A DNA stretch of 63,817 nt, filler included, from Perkinsus chesapeaki ATCC PRA-425 (GCA_013115145.1; 8 parts of 8 records of this genome joined end to end with filler, not necessarily neighbours in it); one strand, 5' to 3'; positions 23,796 through 37,699 are shown, counted from the whole stretch's first letter. Translations and numbers: made by a program. The notes: generated by a model not told the origin, from the letters alone.

Positions 23796-26064
23796 TCACA
23801 AACCAGACAGGCGTTCATTATCCCTCTCATCCTCCTCTGCCTTCTGCTGTTGTTCCATAAATACTCTCACAGACTCCTGTGCATTCAGCGGATGCTTCTG
23901 CTTCTTTACCGGACTTGTCCAACTAGCAACGCCTTTAAGATTCGGTATCCTACAACAGGGGCAGTTAAGGTATTGAAATCATAACCAACCAGCCTACCTT
24001 CTTCGATGCGGTCTCGACCAAATACCAGCTGTCGGTTTAGCAATCAATTTGGGGAGAAGTGTTCGGCCAATATTTGGAGAGGATGCTTCATCTGAGTGCG
24101 GAGGGAACCATGCATTTTTCTAATTCTTTACCGTGATGTACTGAAGGTGTCGGGGTTCTCCAAGCAGCAATGGCAGAGCCGCCGTTCGGAGCTATCGGAG
24201 GCAGAGCTACGACCTAATGACGAAAGCTCCACTTCGACCAGCGGTGGCGACCGATGGTGTGGCACGGCTAATTGCGGATGATCAGATACTAAGGGACCGA
24301 CAGTCAAATACGGTTCTAAATGCAAGAAGCCTCTTAGCTGTTCTCCAGCTCTTCGGAGTACACTCAACCTACTTGTCCGGAAGATGACATCTCAACCGTA
24401 GGAGTGAAGCTCCTCTGGCTACTAGCTGTCGTGTCCGGCCTCGAATGGGGGCTCTGGTCAGCACTTGACAACAAGGGAGGGAATCGCCAAGTAGTTGTGT
24501 TCGTGTTGTTGTTCATGACCCTTGTTCCGACATCCTGAGGAGGAATGCATGCATGGACTGGAATACCGGAGTCGGCCAGGTTACCGGTAGCGAGGCTGCC
24601 CCAGCTGCCTCAATGCTCGGTGCCATCGAGATGCCAATTTTGGTGGAAAACTAAACGAGATGGCACTCTCATCGGCGAGTGACTAGGCGATCCTCACCAA
24701 GGATGATATCCGTTCTTCCGCTTCGATGATGTCGCTTAAATCCACTTCACCCATCCCATCGTTGATACCATCCGAAACAGCAGACAACGGTCGACTGTGA
24801 ACCCTTTGGTATCTAGTCATACTCGTCAAGATGGGCAAATAAGAGGACTCCCTCACCGCTGGAATTGGCGATGGCCGCGGAAGACAGCCTGGATCTTTAC
24901 AGCAGCACTGTGCTTCACGGTGTGTTCTGCCTTGACACTTATGCGACATCGACTACCGCGGAAGCAAGATTGGATCTGTCGAGAAATCAGCTGCGTATCT
25001 CCGGAACCTTTGATGCCACAATAGATTTACGTGATACCATATATACGTGCTGTCGTCCACTTATGTTGGCAAGGGACGAGAAATTCTCCAAATTTTTCTC
25101 ATTTTATGTTTGTTATTTCCTGTAGCGAATCGCTGAGGAAAAGTAGGGCTTGGCTGACCACGGACGACATTGCAATTCCACCAATATGGAATAACAACAT
25201 ATTACTCACGGAGCTCACCTTCAGTATCCCCTCCAGAGCGGTGAGGTAACGTAGCCTGCCATGATAACCTCGCCAAAGTGCTTGTAGTCGCCTGGCTGCA
25301 TGCCTTCGTCTCTGAGGCCTTGGTCATCATCATCCCTGCAGTTGGAATTACCCACCTCATCTCGACGTCTCCGCACTCCACGAGCAATAGTCGTCACAGC
25401 CCCGTCCGCCTTCCGCCACCACAGGCTCGGGGCCTCCTCGTCGGACATCCAATAGCACCTCAGGGGACGGTCAAGTGTCGTTTTATGGAAGCCCTACTCT
25501 CTCAGCTCTCCACTCTCGGCATCCTTAATGGCCATATGACAGCGGTTTCGGCGGACAGCCTTCAAGTAGCTGACGGCGAGTGAAGATGGCAACAATGTGC
25601 TAACAAAAGCTCTACATTCTGTAGGCCCTGGATTCGTGCATTGCTCGCATCATCCTCCTCCCTTCCATCTCCCGCTAAGCACGACGGCTTCCTATCACCC
25701 CCTTCCGTGTTGGCATACCCGATCCTCCATACGTTGAGCTGCGGAGTGATCATCTTCAGCAACCATTGAATTCCTCTCCAGATGTTGTAGTCGTATCCAC
25801 TCCCTTGCTGCATTGTCGGCCGCTTTCATCGCCCTCCTCTCAAATGCAAGCTCTCGCTGTTGGGCCTCCAACGCTGAGACGCACTAGTTTCAAGCCAATG
25901 GGATAAATACCGCTTGGCTTTACTACTAGAAAGTGGGGTTCGAGGAACAGGAGCCCCGAGCTCAGAGCCCTATCAGTAGGCTTACCCAGCTGATAGGCTT
26001 CCCATTGCCGGCACCTTGAAGCTATTCCATCTTCCCACCCCATCCTACGCCTCTCCTGAACCAT
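23796..26064 (-). CDS. multi-exon hypothetical protein
   Basis: Last exon ...EQQQKAEEDERDNERLSGL-stop at 23796; first exon MVQERRRMGWEDG; several internal exon-like ORFs. Confidence 0.4.
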
Positions 26065-26348
26065 TAACGATACCTAAAAAGCCATAAAAAGTCTAGGAGT
26101 CTAGCAGACCGCATCACATGGAGAAGGACCAGGGAGTCTTCCTCTGCCATCTTTTGGAGTTCACGACGCCGCATTCGACTAGAAGTGAGGTCAGACTTCA
26201 ACCGCTAAATAACAAACCTCGGCTACGCTTCCAGGGTTTTCGCCAGGCGTATGGGGCGCGCCTACAGGGGCGGGTTTGGGAACCCACCCTTCCCTAGGCG
26301 CGTGNNNNNNNNNNNNNNNNNNNNNNNNNNNNNNNNNNNNNNNNNNNN

Positions 26349-26360
26349 TTAATTAATTAA
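26349..26360. other. artificial contig-joining linker TTAATTAATTAA inside N gap (also 47051, 52433, 56730, 58707, 60840, 62281)
   Basis: Identical 12-mer with stops in all six frames embedded in N runs. Confidence 0.97.
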
Positions 26361-26404
26361 NNNNNNNNNNNNNNNNNNNNNNNNNNNNNNNNNNNNNNNN
26401 NNNN

Positions 26405-26477
26405 GAGGAGATATAATAGAAAGGAGTTTGATAGGAAATATGTTACTAGTGATACGGAGGAGGAGATATAATAGAAA
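26405..26477 (+). repeat. 55-58 bp satellite family, copy at contig edge
   Basis: ggaaatatgttactagtgatacggaggaggagatataatagaaaggagtttgata; same unit at 60660-60796 and reverse-complemented at 62337-62408. Confidence 0.95.
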
Positions 26478-26514
26478 ACGTTATATTTGCGAACACAACT
26501 CCGGCTAAACTGGA

Positions 26515-28138
26515 CTACTTCCTCACCTTATCCATACATCTATCCTCCGACTCACGACGAGGTGCCTTCTTCCTCCTATCAAGGCAGCAATCTCCGAGTT
26601 CCTTTGGCATTCCAACTCCCCAAAGGCTCTCCATCAAACCCGGCAACCGCTGCAAGATATCCAGACACTCTCTTTTCGCCTTTCCAAAGAAGTCTGTGAA
26701 GACTGTGTGATACAAACACCTGCTATATCGCAGACCTCTCCCGTCATCTCCCGAGCACAGGAAGGCTCTTCCATCGCCACTCCGGTCAGCAGGTCCTTCG
26801 ACGCTATATGTCCTCAAATAGGGCCCGAGTGCTGATGTTACAACCGACACTTTCAGGGACAAATTACGCTCATAAAGTTGAGTTGAAACCTGCCTATTCA
26901 CATTATCGAAACCTTCAAGCTGCCTCACCTCGTCCGAAAGGTACGCTTCAAGCTGAGATACCGTGAGGGAAGATTCCCAGTCGGTCGTCGAGGCCATCAG
27001 CACCAGCTTACCAGCAACCCTACTACTATGTAACACAATACAAAGGGAAACGGAGAATGTTGTATAGAACCCTAAGATGTAATGCTATTTAACCAGCGGC
27101 ACTGCTCATGTGCCGGTGACGACAGGTAAGACCATTCTTTAGTCGATACAGATGTTACAGTGTGTCACAAACCACCAGTGACAAGTAGGCAAAATTACAT
27201 TGACATAAAATTAGTCAATCCTACTGATTACCAGCAGCGGCAGCCTGAGCATTCTTACGCGCCCGACTGGATATCAGAGCCGCGCATGTCACTATCACTT
27301 GGGCCTCGCTCAGTTTATTTGAGAAGGGTTGATGGCCCACACCGTAAAGCTCACCCAACTTAACGAACGGCCCTCCCTCTCGAATGGTCACTTCAAGGTC
27401 TGTCGTAAAGTATCCCTTCTCATACCAATTCCGCATCTCGGCAAAGGTGAAGGGTCCCCGCTCGACCCCCCTAGGATCTTTATACCTCCACAGCTTGTGC
27501 CCAGCCGGTATAGCATTCGAAGCCCTCGTGATCGCCTCGACTCGATGCTGCAGTGCTAGCTTCTTCGCAATCTCCTGCTGCTGTTGCTGTTGAGCAGCGT
27601 TCTTCTTGGACCATTCCTCATAGTCCCTCTCAGCCTGAGCTCTCATGTCCTGATGGCTGCTAACGCCCCCTCTGGCGCCCATCGAGCTCGCGTTCGCTGT
27701 GCCGTAGAACTGCCCCGGCACGAACTCCGCCGCGTTCGCCGAGAGAGCCTTCTTATGGGCTTTCGCCGCTCCAGGAAGTCCTCGTCTCAAACCACTGCTG
27801 GTTGAGCTGGTATTGTCATTGATGCTCAGCAGGAGGGTCTTCAAGTCATGGTTGATGCTGGTGTCGTAGATATCAATATCGTCATTCTTTTGAGCATAGA
27901 CCAACTTATCGAGCTCCTCCTCGGTGAGTCTGTGGAAGGTGGTGGCGTCGTTGCCGGACTCGTCGTTGGAGGAATCACTAGGCTGCTGTTGCTTGGAAGG
28001 TTGCTGGGCCTGCTGGAGAGCGGCTAAGGCAGCTTGGTAGGACGGAGTGGCCTTGCTGGCTTCTGGGGAACTGCTTGCATTATGGGGAGGGGTTGAGGAG
28101 CTGGAGTCATCATTAGGTGAAGAAATATCTTGCCCCAT
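26515..28138 (-). CDS. GYF-domain protein with PAM2 motif (GIGYF/CID-like); 3' end approximate
   Basis: LSANAAEFVPG (PAM2) and WRYKDPRGVERGPFTFAEMRNWYEKGYFTTDL (GYF) in the 305-aa first exon; further exons downstream. Confidence 0.85.
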
Positions 28139-28449
28139 GGCTGGGACTGATAACTGAACAGAAAGATACTTTTCGAGGTTGAATGCATACCTTTGGGAAA
28201 GGACGGTGTTGGAATTCTGAAAGAAATGCTAGTCGATGTGTTCCTACCGTTTTACGCTACTAAAACCCAAATTGGGGCGATCCAATGAAGAGCTCGGAAG
28301 ATACCTCATTAAATGGCTAGGAGAAATCGGCATGCGTATGTTATGGAGGTACAAGCAAGCGATGAAAGGCTGGTGCAGGGATATAGCGATCTGAGAATCC
28401 GTTCAATGGTGATGCACTTGCTATCTTTGTAAATCCTCAATTTCCTCAA

Positions 28450-28489
28450 GAAAATCCGGAGGTCTCGGGTTCGATCCCCGGCAGTGGCA
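28450..28489 (+). pseudogene. isolated tRNA 3'-half-like sequence (Phe-like), no 5' half found nearby
   Basis: gaaaatccgg aggtc tcggg ttcgatc cccgg cagtggc a: variable loop, 5-bp T stem, B-box loop, 7-nt acceptor strand and discriminator A. Confidence 0.75.
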
Positions 28490-28654
28490 CTTATCGACCG
28501 GGAGAAGTGCGCAGCGTCAGCGCTCCTTTGGACAACCAAAGTGTCAGAGGGACGAGGATAGATCGGTAATAGGCAGTGACACTAGAGGAGTAAGCTGATA
28601 AGCCTGCAAAATGGCTATTGCACGGATCAACCTTAAGATACTCTTCTATGTTGA

Positions 28655-29720
28655 ATGCAGCCTTTAATGTTACTCTCTAGTAATGGTCAGCCATTCACAG
28701 CCTTTCCCCCACCAAACGCTCAAGGGAGGCCTTCGAATGGATCACATAATCTCCAACAGGTACCCTCCAAAGAAAATATCTTTTCACTGATCGTCTGTTT
28801 GGAGTCATTTCTCACCACAAAATTTATTGGTCGCCGATTTCTGTTGTAGGTGATCCGTAATCCAGTCGCTTCAGGAGGCCCCGGAAAAGTCCCCAAGAGT
28901 AGCAGGCGTTTGAGGGCAAAATTGAGGAATGTGTTCTCAGTCGATTTGACCCACCGACTGATTTTCCCTGGTTGTGTGGAGACGCCTCGACAGCCTTCAG
29001 TTGGTGACAATACCGTATGGGCCCAACAGGCTAGGAAGGATGCTACGAAGCTGCAGCTGGCAAGGTGGTGAACATTAATGAACGGGAAACTACTTCCACT
29101 GTCATTTTAAAACTAATAAAAATCGCTCCAACTTGCGATCTGAGACTAGCCTGATCAAATCGAAGGAGTAAATTACACAGCAAGGTGTACTTATAGAAAA
29201 GCTACTTCAGTTTTCTCTCATCGACAATAATTATTTTGCCCTCTCGAATGCAGGAGTATCTTGGGTTTCAGATTAGAAGCTCGAGTTAAGGCCGAGCAAC
29301 AAGCTTCAGAGTTGCTATTTGAAGAGACAGAGTCTCTGGAGGAGCAACTGCGAGCCCAGCAGCATGCAGCTGATGGTCAGTTCTTCCAGTTGATCAACAC
29401 CACAGGGACACTTCAGATTTCACGGAGGAGTTAGGGGTCGTCGAGGAGGCCGCTAGAGTGGCCTTGTCCGAGAGCATTCTACTTCAAAGAAAATTATGCG
29501 AGATTTGCCGGCATTTGGAAGTAGAACTTTTGTGGGTATTTTCCTGGCAGCGCTGGATTTTAGGTTAGAGCAGCTTTCGAGGAGTCCATTTCGAACGCTG
29601 CTGGTGCCTTCTGCAAAAGCCAGTTTGCCTCTACCAAAAGCCAGTAATAGCTCGAGCCGTTCCTCTACCTCACCAGCCGTTTCAGATTCGGTGGTCCTCC
29701 TCCAAGCAGCCGATCGGTAG
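28655..29720 (+). CDS. multi-exon coiled-coil hypothetical protein
   Basis: Exons incl. RLEARVKAEQQASELLFEETESLEEQLRAQQH and ELGVVEEAARVALSE; end uncertain. Confidence 0.4.
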
Positions 29721-32700
29721 TGCATAACCGATGGACAGATAATTCCTAGTAGTGCCGGTGTGACGCTTGCCTTTGGATGCATTTGCTTTTGTCAGTCCAT
29801 CTATAGACTTTCAAAGTCGAAGGTCCCCACGAGATGTAGTGACATCTTCGGCGTAAGGAAATCTTTAGAGTGCGTGTCCTCCTTAGGTTAGCGGATCGCT
29901 CGATGCCGATGATGAGTTCTGGGCATCTTTGAGGCACCAGATTAATATTATTGACCATTCCCTCGGTTCAACGGGCCGAAGTGTCTCAGGTAGTAGTAGG
30001 GAGTATCTTTTGGGGATGTGAAAGCTGTGCATCGAGCTATGGATACTTTGATATCTGTGCTGAAGGCACTTCTCACTTTGTCAAGAATCGTGTTCCAAGA
30101 GATTCATTTCGCTTTTCCGATAACATTTGGGACAGAGTACACAATCTCATGCGGGTGCAAGATCTTTCTCAGACTGGTTCACATCGAACCATTCAACTTT
30201 CCGAAAATGTTGTTGTTCTCTATTCAATTGCTCCTGTTCAATTTGGACCATTTCATCCGCCCCTCGACAAGGCACGGAAATCGGAGGCAGTTGGTTATAT
30301 TTTTTTCGTCGGCATGCGTTTTCTCGTCCGATATCCTTGGAGCTTCGCTCGTGAAGGGAGCAGTGTGCCACCAGCGACAGCTGCATTTTCGAAGTGCGCC
30401 GCCGCAGTTGGCCAACATTCCATAGAAGTATCTTGGATAATGGCTTTATAGAGATCTGCCTTTCAACGCTAGCACTAGGGCCGCGTTTCAGACAGCAGCA
30501 ACAGGCCTGGTCCCTCCGCCGCAGGTAAAGGATTTTCTTCGTCCTATGCAAGTGTCGTGCGTGAAGGTAAGATACCATTATGGATAGTGGGGAGAGAAAT
30601 CGCTTACATGGCAGGATCGTCGAGATCGGTTTGCGAACGGAAACGGTTGCCGTTAAAGTGCCAATTGCAGAATGCATTGGAGTCGAGCAGCATTATGTGC
30701 GGTAAGACCGTTACTGGTGGGGAGGCATAGTCGGATTAAACAGCTGTAGTCTTTCATAGGCATTGGACTTTAATATATTAACATAGTTTAGCATAGTTCG
30801 GCGTTATCGTGGGCAACCGCGAATCACGGAACTAGGCCACTTATTTATTTATATCTGGTTAAGAAGAATTCTTAGTTTTCCTTGTAAGATTCTCGCCTTC
30901 CGTTGAGGTCAGCCTATCAACCTTGCGCGAATCTTACGGTTTCCAACTTCCGCTATCCCCTCCAGCTCGAACTGCCCTGCTCATATCTAAGCTTGATGGT
31001 TGGTTTGACGACTCAACCGAGCCAGAGCTCGGCACTATGCTCAGGAATGAGAGGTGATTTCGCGGAACTTCCGACGATTTCGATTTACGGTTTTCCTATC
31101 AGTATTGATCTCAAGGAGCCTTCGTCAGCTCAGGGAGTTGGGAGAAATGTTGAAGGCGCTGGATTATGGGTGAGCTGCGTAGCTGAAGTAGTTGAGACCG
31201 CAGTGAACTGTAAAATATTTCTGTAGTTGAAAATGGTGCTATTATACAAAAATTGATAGTTGTGACGAGGAGACGGCATAGATGTGCGAATAACCGATTC
31301 TGATGAAATTACAGTATTTGCAGGAATGTGTACGTGACTATATAAAACTTAATTTTGAAACTAGCCTTGTCTTATTAATTGTTATCAATATACGCTATCG
31401 ATCGAGCGATCGATTTGGTTTGTCATGAAGAATACGCATGACTCTTGTGTGTACACAAGATGTATTAATTTCGCTTCGACACTCTTTCTATTCGTTGAAG
31501 CATACCGGTTGTCCGAATTTGGCTAATTACTTTGGATGTGTACTCGTTGGAAATATACCTCCCAGCTCTCCGGGATAGTGAAACGCACACTTTATGATTA
31601 AACCAATCGTGTTGTAATTATTATTGTCAATTTGATGATGTTTCTTTTTCATAGGACTTTGACGGTAATGAGCGTCGAGTGTCTATAGCTGGAAGCGCGA
31701 CAATTGCGAGGGACAACAGCCCGGGAAGCATCGCGGTTAGAATGCTATCGGATACGTCATCATCCTCGCATAACCGTCAGCTGGTGAGTGGGGATATTCC
31801 TTACCATGAAAAGCCATGAGCTTCCAAGATAACACTCGGTTCGCCGTTTGACGCTTCACTTTGCTTCTCTCGTAGTGATGCTTTTTCCTATTGCCATATG
31901 GGGTGGTTCGACAGGGGGGATCATAGAGGAAAGTGATACGTTACCAGAACTTGTGGGCCATTTGATATTTCAGCTGATTCTGGGGACATACTTTCTGTGA
32001 TAGCTTCAACTTCGCAAAGTGAAGTAGAAGAACTTCCTTTTCTCCGCACTAGAAGCCAACTGCTTTTGTCGTATAACGTCACTGTATAAGACAAAAGCGC
32101 GTAATTTACGTGTCGTATCATCAACCTGCTGTGAGTTTGTTCTTGTTAGATCCAGCAGTTGCCGCCTTTGACTAGCGTTCGTACACCGTCTACTGGGGAC
32201 AGCTCGGTGAACTCGAAGTAAGCTGAGGGTCTTCCGTTTGCATTTAGTGGATTTTCCGTGCTTCGCTCCGCTGAAGTCATGTGAATGTTTGACAGCGTTG
32301 TTGTCATTGTGCTGTATTGCTTACAGTGCATAGAAAGGACAGCTTCGGAGATAAATGTAGAGGCTGATGAAACGGTTGATCGATATGTCGTCAAGTTGTC
32401 TTTGTAAATCACATACATGTTTTTCTGGCCTCGCGAACCTTATGGCGGTAGAAAATTAAGATTCAATTTCCTTAACAAATGGTCACTAGTATGTCTGGTA
32501 AAGGGAACTAGTATTTTGTTGGATACGATAGTGTCTCTCAGAGTGGCATCAATAAGGGGGGAAGGCTTAGGGTTCTCAGCAGCTGTAGCTAGTTGGGCTG
32601 ATAAGGGCGTGCCATACACCCATAGATGATTTCATTTGCCTTGATGCATGATGATGCCGATGTTGTTGAAAGGTGTGACATTATGAAGAGGTTGTGGAGT

Positions 32701-33214
32701 TTGAGTGTCAATGAGATAGGTTAACGAAGTTCGAGTCGACCCTTAAGCCTTGCGGGAATGTGGTCCATAAGTCAGGAATAGTTCCTGATAGGCATTGTGT
32801 ATGATAGTAGTGTAGTCATATAGTATCATACTTCTTATAAACCATACCATTGAACTTTGTAATTGGTCACTGAAATGATAAATTATGATAGGGGTTTCCT
32901 AGCATAATTCCCACTACATCTAAGCAAGTATCGAAGTTGTACAGGGCACGAAGTGCATTACATGACCAATTATAAAGTGCATTGGTGTGGTTTATTAAAA
33001 GCAATGAGCCATGCACAGACACCTTTGAAGGGAAGGAAATTCAGCTCACAGTTAGTATCGTTGGATGCCAATAGGGGAGCAGTCGGAAATGTGTTCAGTA
33101 TGAATCTGAGGTTCAACCTTACTTGACTGTGGCTGTGAAAGGGTGGCGTGCCCGATTCTGGGCTTGGACTTGGCTTTGAGCAAGTGGCAAGCATCAGTTC
33201 TTCTGGCGTTCTCT

Positions 33215-36200
33215 ATGGCTTCTGCTGCTGTGGAAGGTATAGTTTCTAGCAACCTGCATGCAAATAACGAGGAGCTTGTCGAAGGTAAACTGCTGGACAC
33301 AATACTCGGCCATGTATTGATTACACAGTTGATGATGATGCAACTCCTGAGCTTCTCGAGTCCATTTTGAACGCTGGTGACGAAGAGGTCTTGGAGCGCA
33401 TTCAAGATGGCGACAAAGACGAAGGTGAAGACTCTCGGGCAGTCCCATCTGCATTTTACTCTTAGACGACTTGGATGATTCACTGGGTGATATCGACAAG
33501 CTGCTGGAAGAGACGAGAGCCTCACGTAGGGAAGCATCTCGAAATTCTTACCGTCTTCATCTCACGTTGGCTATGAAAAAGCTGATTGCCTTCCGGAGCT
33601 TTTACCGTAACCTCAGCGCTGATTGTATGTGTGTCTCGTTGGCGAATGGCAGTCCGAGCAGCATTGATAGTGAAGCCCGAAGCAACTTGCTGAGAGAGGC
33701 TTCAGGAACTTCTCCTCCGCCGGAGCCAGTCGAAGAGTTTCGGCTTTCCTTCACACGTGGCTTCTTCCCTCTAACCAGGCCGTTGTGCTTAACATGATCT
33801 GTAGTCTCAATGTCAACTTAGCCACTGCCAGTGGTGCCGAATAGTTCCAATAGGAAAGCCCGAAGCAATTCCATGGGAGATTCTACAAATTTCACCTTCG
33901 CTACGTTTGTTCGAAGACTCTTTGTGAAGGTTTCTGACTTAGCTGACCATTACACTTAACGCTCGAGCCCATTAACTTGTTCCAACGGTACCGCTACCAC
34001 TTTGGCGGGACTGCGGGCTCTACGTAGTGTTAGTCCTTTTGTGCGGTACGGAGCATGTTGAGTGTTCATGGTCAGGGTCGGCGGAGAAGAGGTCCCCGTT
34101 GAAAGCAGACGTCAGAGTTCGACCGCCAGTCGTCGACGACTTTATACGCAATTTTTTTATAAAGTACCTCACGCGGGGAAGTCTCGCCATCATCATCTCG
34201 ATCTCAGAAATGGTTTGAAGCGTTCCCTGGATGCATTCCAGAACGAATGGTACAGTCTGCAGCTGTCAGGCAAGCTTAATGCGACGGCTATGGAAGAGGC
34301 GGTCCCCGATTTGTAAGTCAACGGGTGCCGGTAATTAATTTCCTACCGTTACACAGTCTACTGTCGAGTCACAGTCGAGTGTTCGACACAGTCAGCGAGA
34401 AAGTCTTTAAAGATTCTTTTCGCGGCAGAAAATTTCGAGGCCGCCGCAGTTGGGAAACTTCCTTCCACTAGAGCCAGTCAAAAACACTGATTTAGGTTTT
34501 CTTCGTGGAATCTTTTTGTATGCCCTCATCGTCATCCAACCTAGTCGCGTATCTTCCTCTTCAGATACATGCGTAATCAACAGCTCCTGGACATTATACG
34601 TGCGCAGGAGGTTGAGATGAAGAAGCTCCGCACCGTCGCGGAAAACGCTAAGTAGCTTTCGAGCTCCGATGGACAGTGTCGTCGGCGGAGGGGACGCCAG
34701 TTAGGATGTTTTCAGGAGCTTCTTTGATAAGCTTCGTCAACAGAGGGACTTTCATAGGATGCATCATCGCAGGGTGGTCCAGGAGAAGGAGAAACTTATC
34801 AGTAGGTGCTCGCCCTTGTTGAGGGAATCTAGCCAAAAGAAGACTTTCTTTGGACGCTGCTGGTTTAGAGTGAAAATGTGGCTAGATCTGCGAAGGGAAA
34901 ATGAATGAGAAGATTAAGCTGGACGGTGTAATCGATTTGGGTCTACTTACGCATCGAAGACATAAAATTGATTCTCGAATGGCTAACTTGCTATTACACT
35001 GGCGGTGGATCGTGCTGGTTGCCATGCTCCTTTGTTGATGAGCTAAGATCTTGTCAAGGTGATTTCAAGCGGCTTCGGAGGCACTATGAGCAATACGAGC
35101 CGACACTGACCGAACTGCGCCACAAGTACGAGGTTGCCATGAAAGAGAAGTTCCTGTTGAAGCTGGAACGAGACAAATATGTGAGATTAAGGAAGAACTG
35201 ATTCCGAGACAAAGACGTTTAATATTACTACCGAACTGTGTCATACACGGATGGCTAGAGGTGTCAGAATAGTATCATTTCAGTTGGCGAGGGCATCTGG
35301 CCTGGAAGAGCAACTTGCCAATTCTGAGATAACCAACTCCGCACAGGATGAGTCTCGAGGTAAAGTCTCGTGAGCTTCGAAATCACAATCATCTCCAAAC
35401 TAGACGCCCCCGTAACCCCTCCAGCGGCCGCTCCAGAGACCGCGACGTCGAGCGGTGCGACGGTTAGGAAGGCCGGTGACTCCCCGTGGCCCACTGAGGT
35501 TCGGATGTGACTCGATCTGTTTCGTGATAAGATTTGCTCAGGCTGCATCACAGCAAGCGGCTGCGGAGATGATGGAAAGGCTGGGAGAAAATCCCACTGC
35601 GATTGATGCAAGAAAATGCCTTTGCCGGGGATCGAACCAGAGACCTTTAGGTTACCGACTTGCGATTAGCCAGAACTTTCAAGGCCCATGATGATGGGCT
35701 ATGTAAAGTGGCGCTACATCCTAAAGTCCCTATGGGTGAGCCCATCGACACCCCCATGCGAAGTGGTTTCAGTCATAGATCCATTCAGCCTTACGGAAGT
35801 GTGTTCCTAACGGGAAGGAGAAACAATGAAAATTTTCCCAGACAAATGCGCTTTTATATCAAAAATAAAACATCGACTGCATTCCATCTGGGTCTAGCAT
35901 GCTTTGTCTTAGTTGCCACCACCTCGGATGACTGCACTTGGAAGCTGTGGGCGCTGCCTAGTGGCGAGATACAGATGAACGGCCGAGGCCACAAGGTGAG
36001 ATTTTCGACGCGGGTTTTTTGTACATATCTTCTCGCAGGCGTTCGTTTCCGATATCGCTTTCCATCCAGGCGGGGAGGTGTTCGTCACCACCAGTGGCGA
36101 CCGCAGCGTCAAGGTCTGGAATGTTGTGAAGGTAGGTAACGTGGGGCGTTCCGGCGTAGGAGGAACCCTTCAGGAGCTCTGCTTGACAACGCTCACGGAC

Positions 36201-37492
36201 CACAGCGAGACAGTTTGGAGCGCAGATTTCCACCAGTCCGGAAGCTTCTTTGCCACTGGTAGCACTGACCAAACGGTAAAGATCTTTGACAGCAAGGTGG
36301 GAGAAAGATACTTCTAAGGTCGATGTGTCGCACTTACCGAATACCCGCCTTTTTCTCTATCGAATAGTACCATCATTTTTTATCCAATTTTTCAAGCGTC
36401 AGCGCAACATACCTGCGGTGTTGTCCCCCTCAGAGCCTCCGCTGCCGACAGACGCTCCGAGGACATGTGGATGCAGTCAACAGTGTTCAATTTCAACCGT
36501 GAGTTCTCCGCACCAGCTGGCTCCTCATCGGCAAATCGATCTGTTTGTGGCGCACATACTCCGCAACTTCTCCCGTTAATATTGATCTTTCATATAAGCC
36601 TCACCAGAGATTCACGACTTGTTCAGATTCGCTGGCAACTTGGCGACCGGGTCAGCTGATAAGACTACGTCAGTGTGGGACATGCGAACTGGATTGTGTG
36701 TCCAGACATTTTATGGCCACCGAAATGCTATTAACCATGTCCGTTTCGATTGCAAGGTACCGGAGGCTCTTTTTCTGACACCTCTAGCCACTCCTGATAG
36801 GGCATGTACTTGGCCTCCGCCGATGCTGATGGTGTTGTAAAGGTTTGGGATTTGCGGATGGTCGCGGAGGTGCTTCAAATAGACACCGGCCACATGCCGG
36901 CAAACGAGGTCGATTGGGACATCGCTGGCAAGGTAAGCTCGCCCGCGCCGTGGCTATTAAGACTTGCTGAGGATCCTCCACTCGAAGCCCGCCTTACCTC
37001 TGTGAGTGGAATTTCTACCCCACTGAGTGGAGTCTACGCCGACCAGATTTTCTCGTTTTCTTACTCTCGAGTTTGTAGCCTCATCGATTTGTTACCAGCA
37101 GCACTTTGCTTTTTCGGTTATTTCTTGCCTATCACTTTCCTGCTGAACTTTACCGGTTCACAAGGATTGGTGGGCATGTCAGGTGCTATGTGTGGCATCT
37201 ACGGACTCATCCATCAAGTTCTTTGATGTTTGGCAGAGAAAGTTCTTAATAGCTTTGGAAGGCCATGAAGATTCCGTACGTCTACTGTGGTCGATGGCGT
37301 CATCGAATAGCTGACTAAATAGATTATTAGGCAAAGCTTAACAGTTGCTCGGGATGCTGTTATGAATATCTTGGCGACGGTAATTCACTCTATCAGGTGC
37401 AGTCTGTATGCTTCGACAACAGTGGTGAGGCTCCGAGTCGGTACCTGGTATCGGGCGGTATGGACGGCACATTCAGACTTTGGCAGAAATAG
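33215..37492 (+). CDS. PF20: flagellar central-pair WD40 protein PF20/SPAG16
   Basis: N-terminal VVDDFIRNFFIK and coiled coil ELRHKYEVAMKEKFLLKLERDK, DSPWP, then WD repeats RTFKAHDD...ATTSDDCTWKLW, TDHSETVWSADFH, FYGHRNAINHV, ADADGVVKVWDLRM, YLVSGGMDGTFRLW. Confidence 0.9.
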
Positions 37493-37699
37493 GCATGATC
37501 TTCGTCACCGAATTATGTGGTGTAACTGTGAGTGTTGTGTTGACTAGTTGGTTGGGAATACAATCGTACACCCAAGAAGACGACCGAGCAAGTGAATGTC
37601 AAACCTGCGCGCCGCCGGGGAGCTCTCTCGCTTCACAGAGGTCCGGAGCGACCTTGAGGTTGGACTTCACGGTGGAACGGTTGCGATTGCCGGTATCAG

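Noticed and set aside
26305-26404. TTAATTAATTAA palindromes within N runs
   Set aside because: Artificial scaffold linkers; gene adjacency across them is not reliable
30800-33100. Short ORFs in AT-richer interval
   Set aside because: No coherent exon chain or motif could be supported
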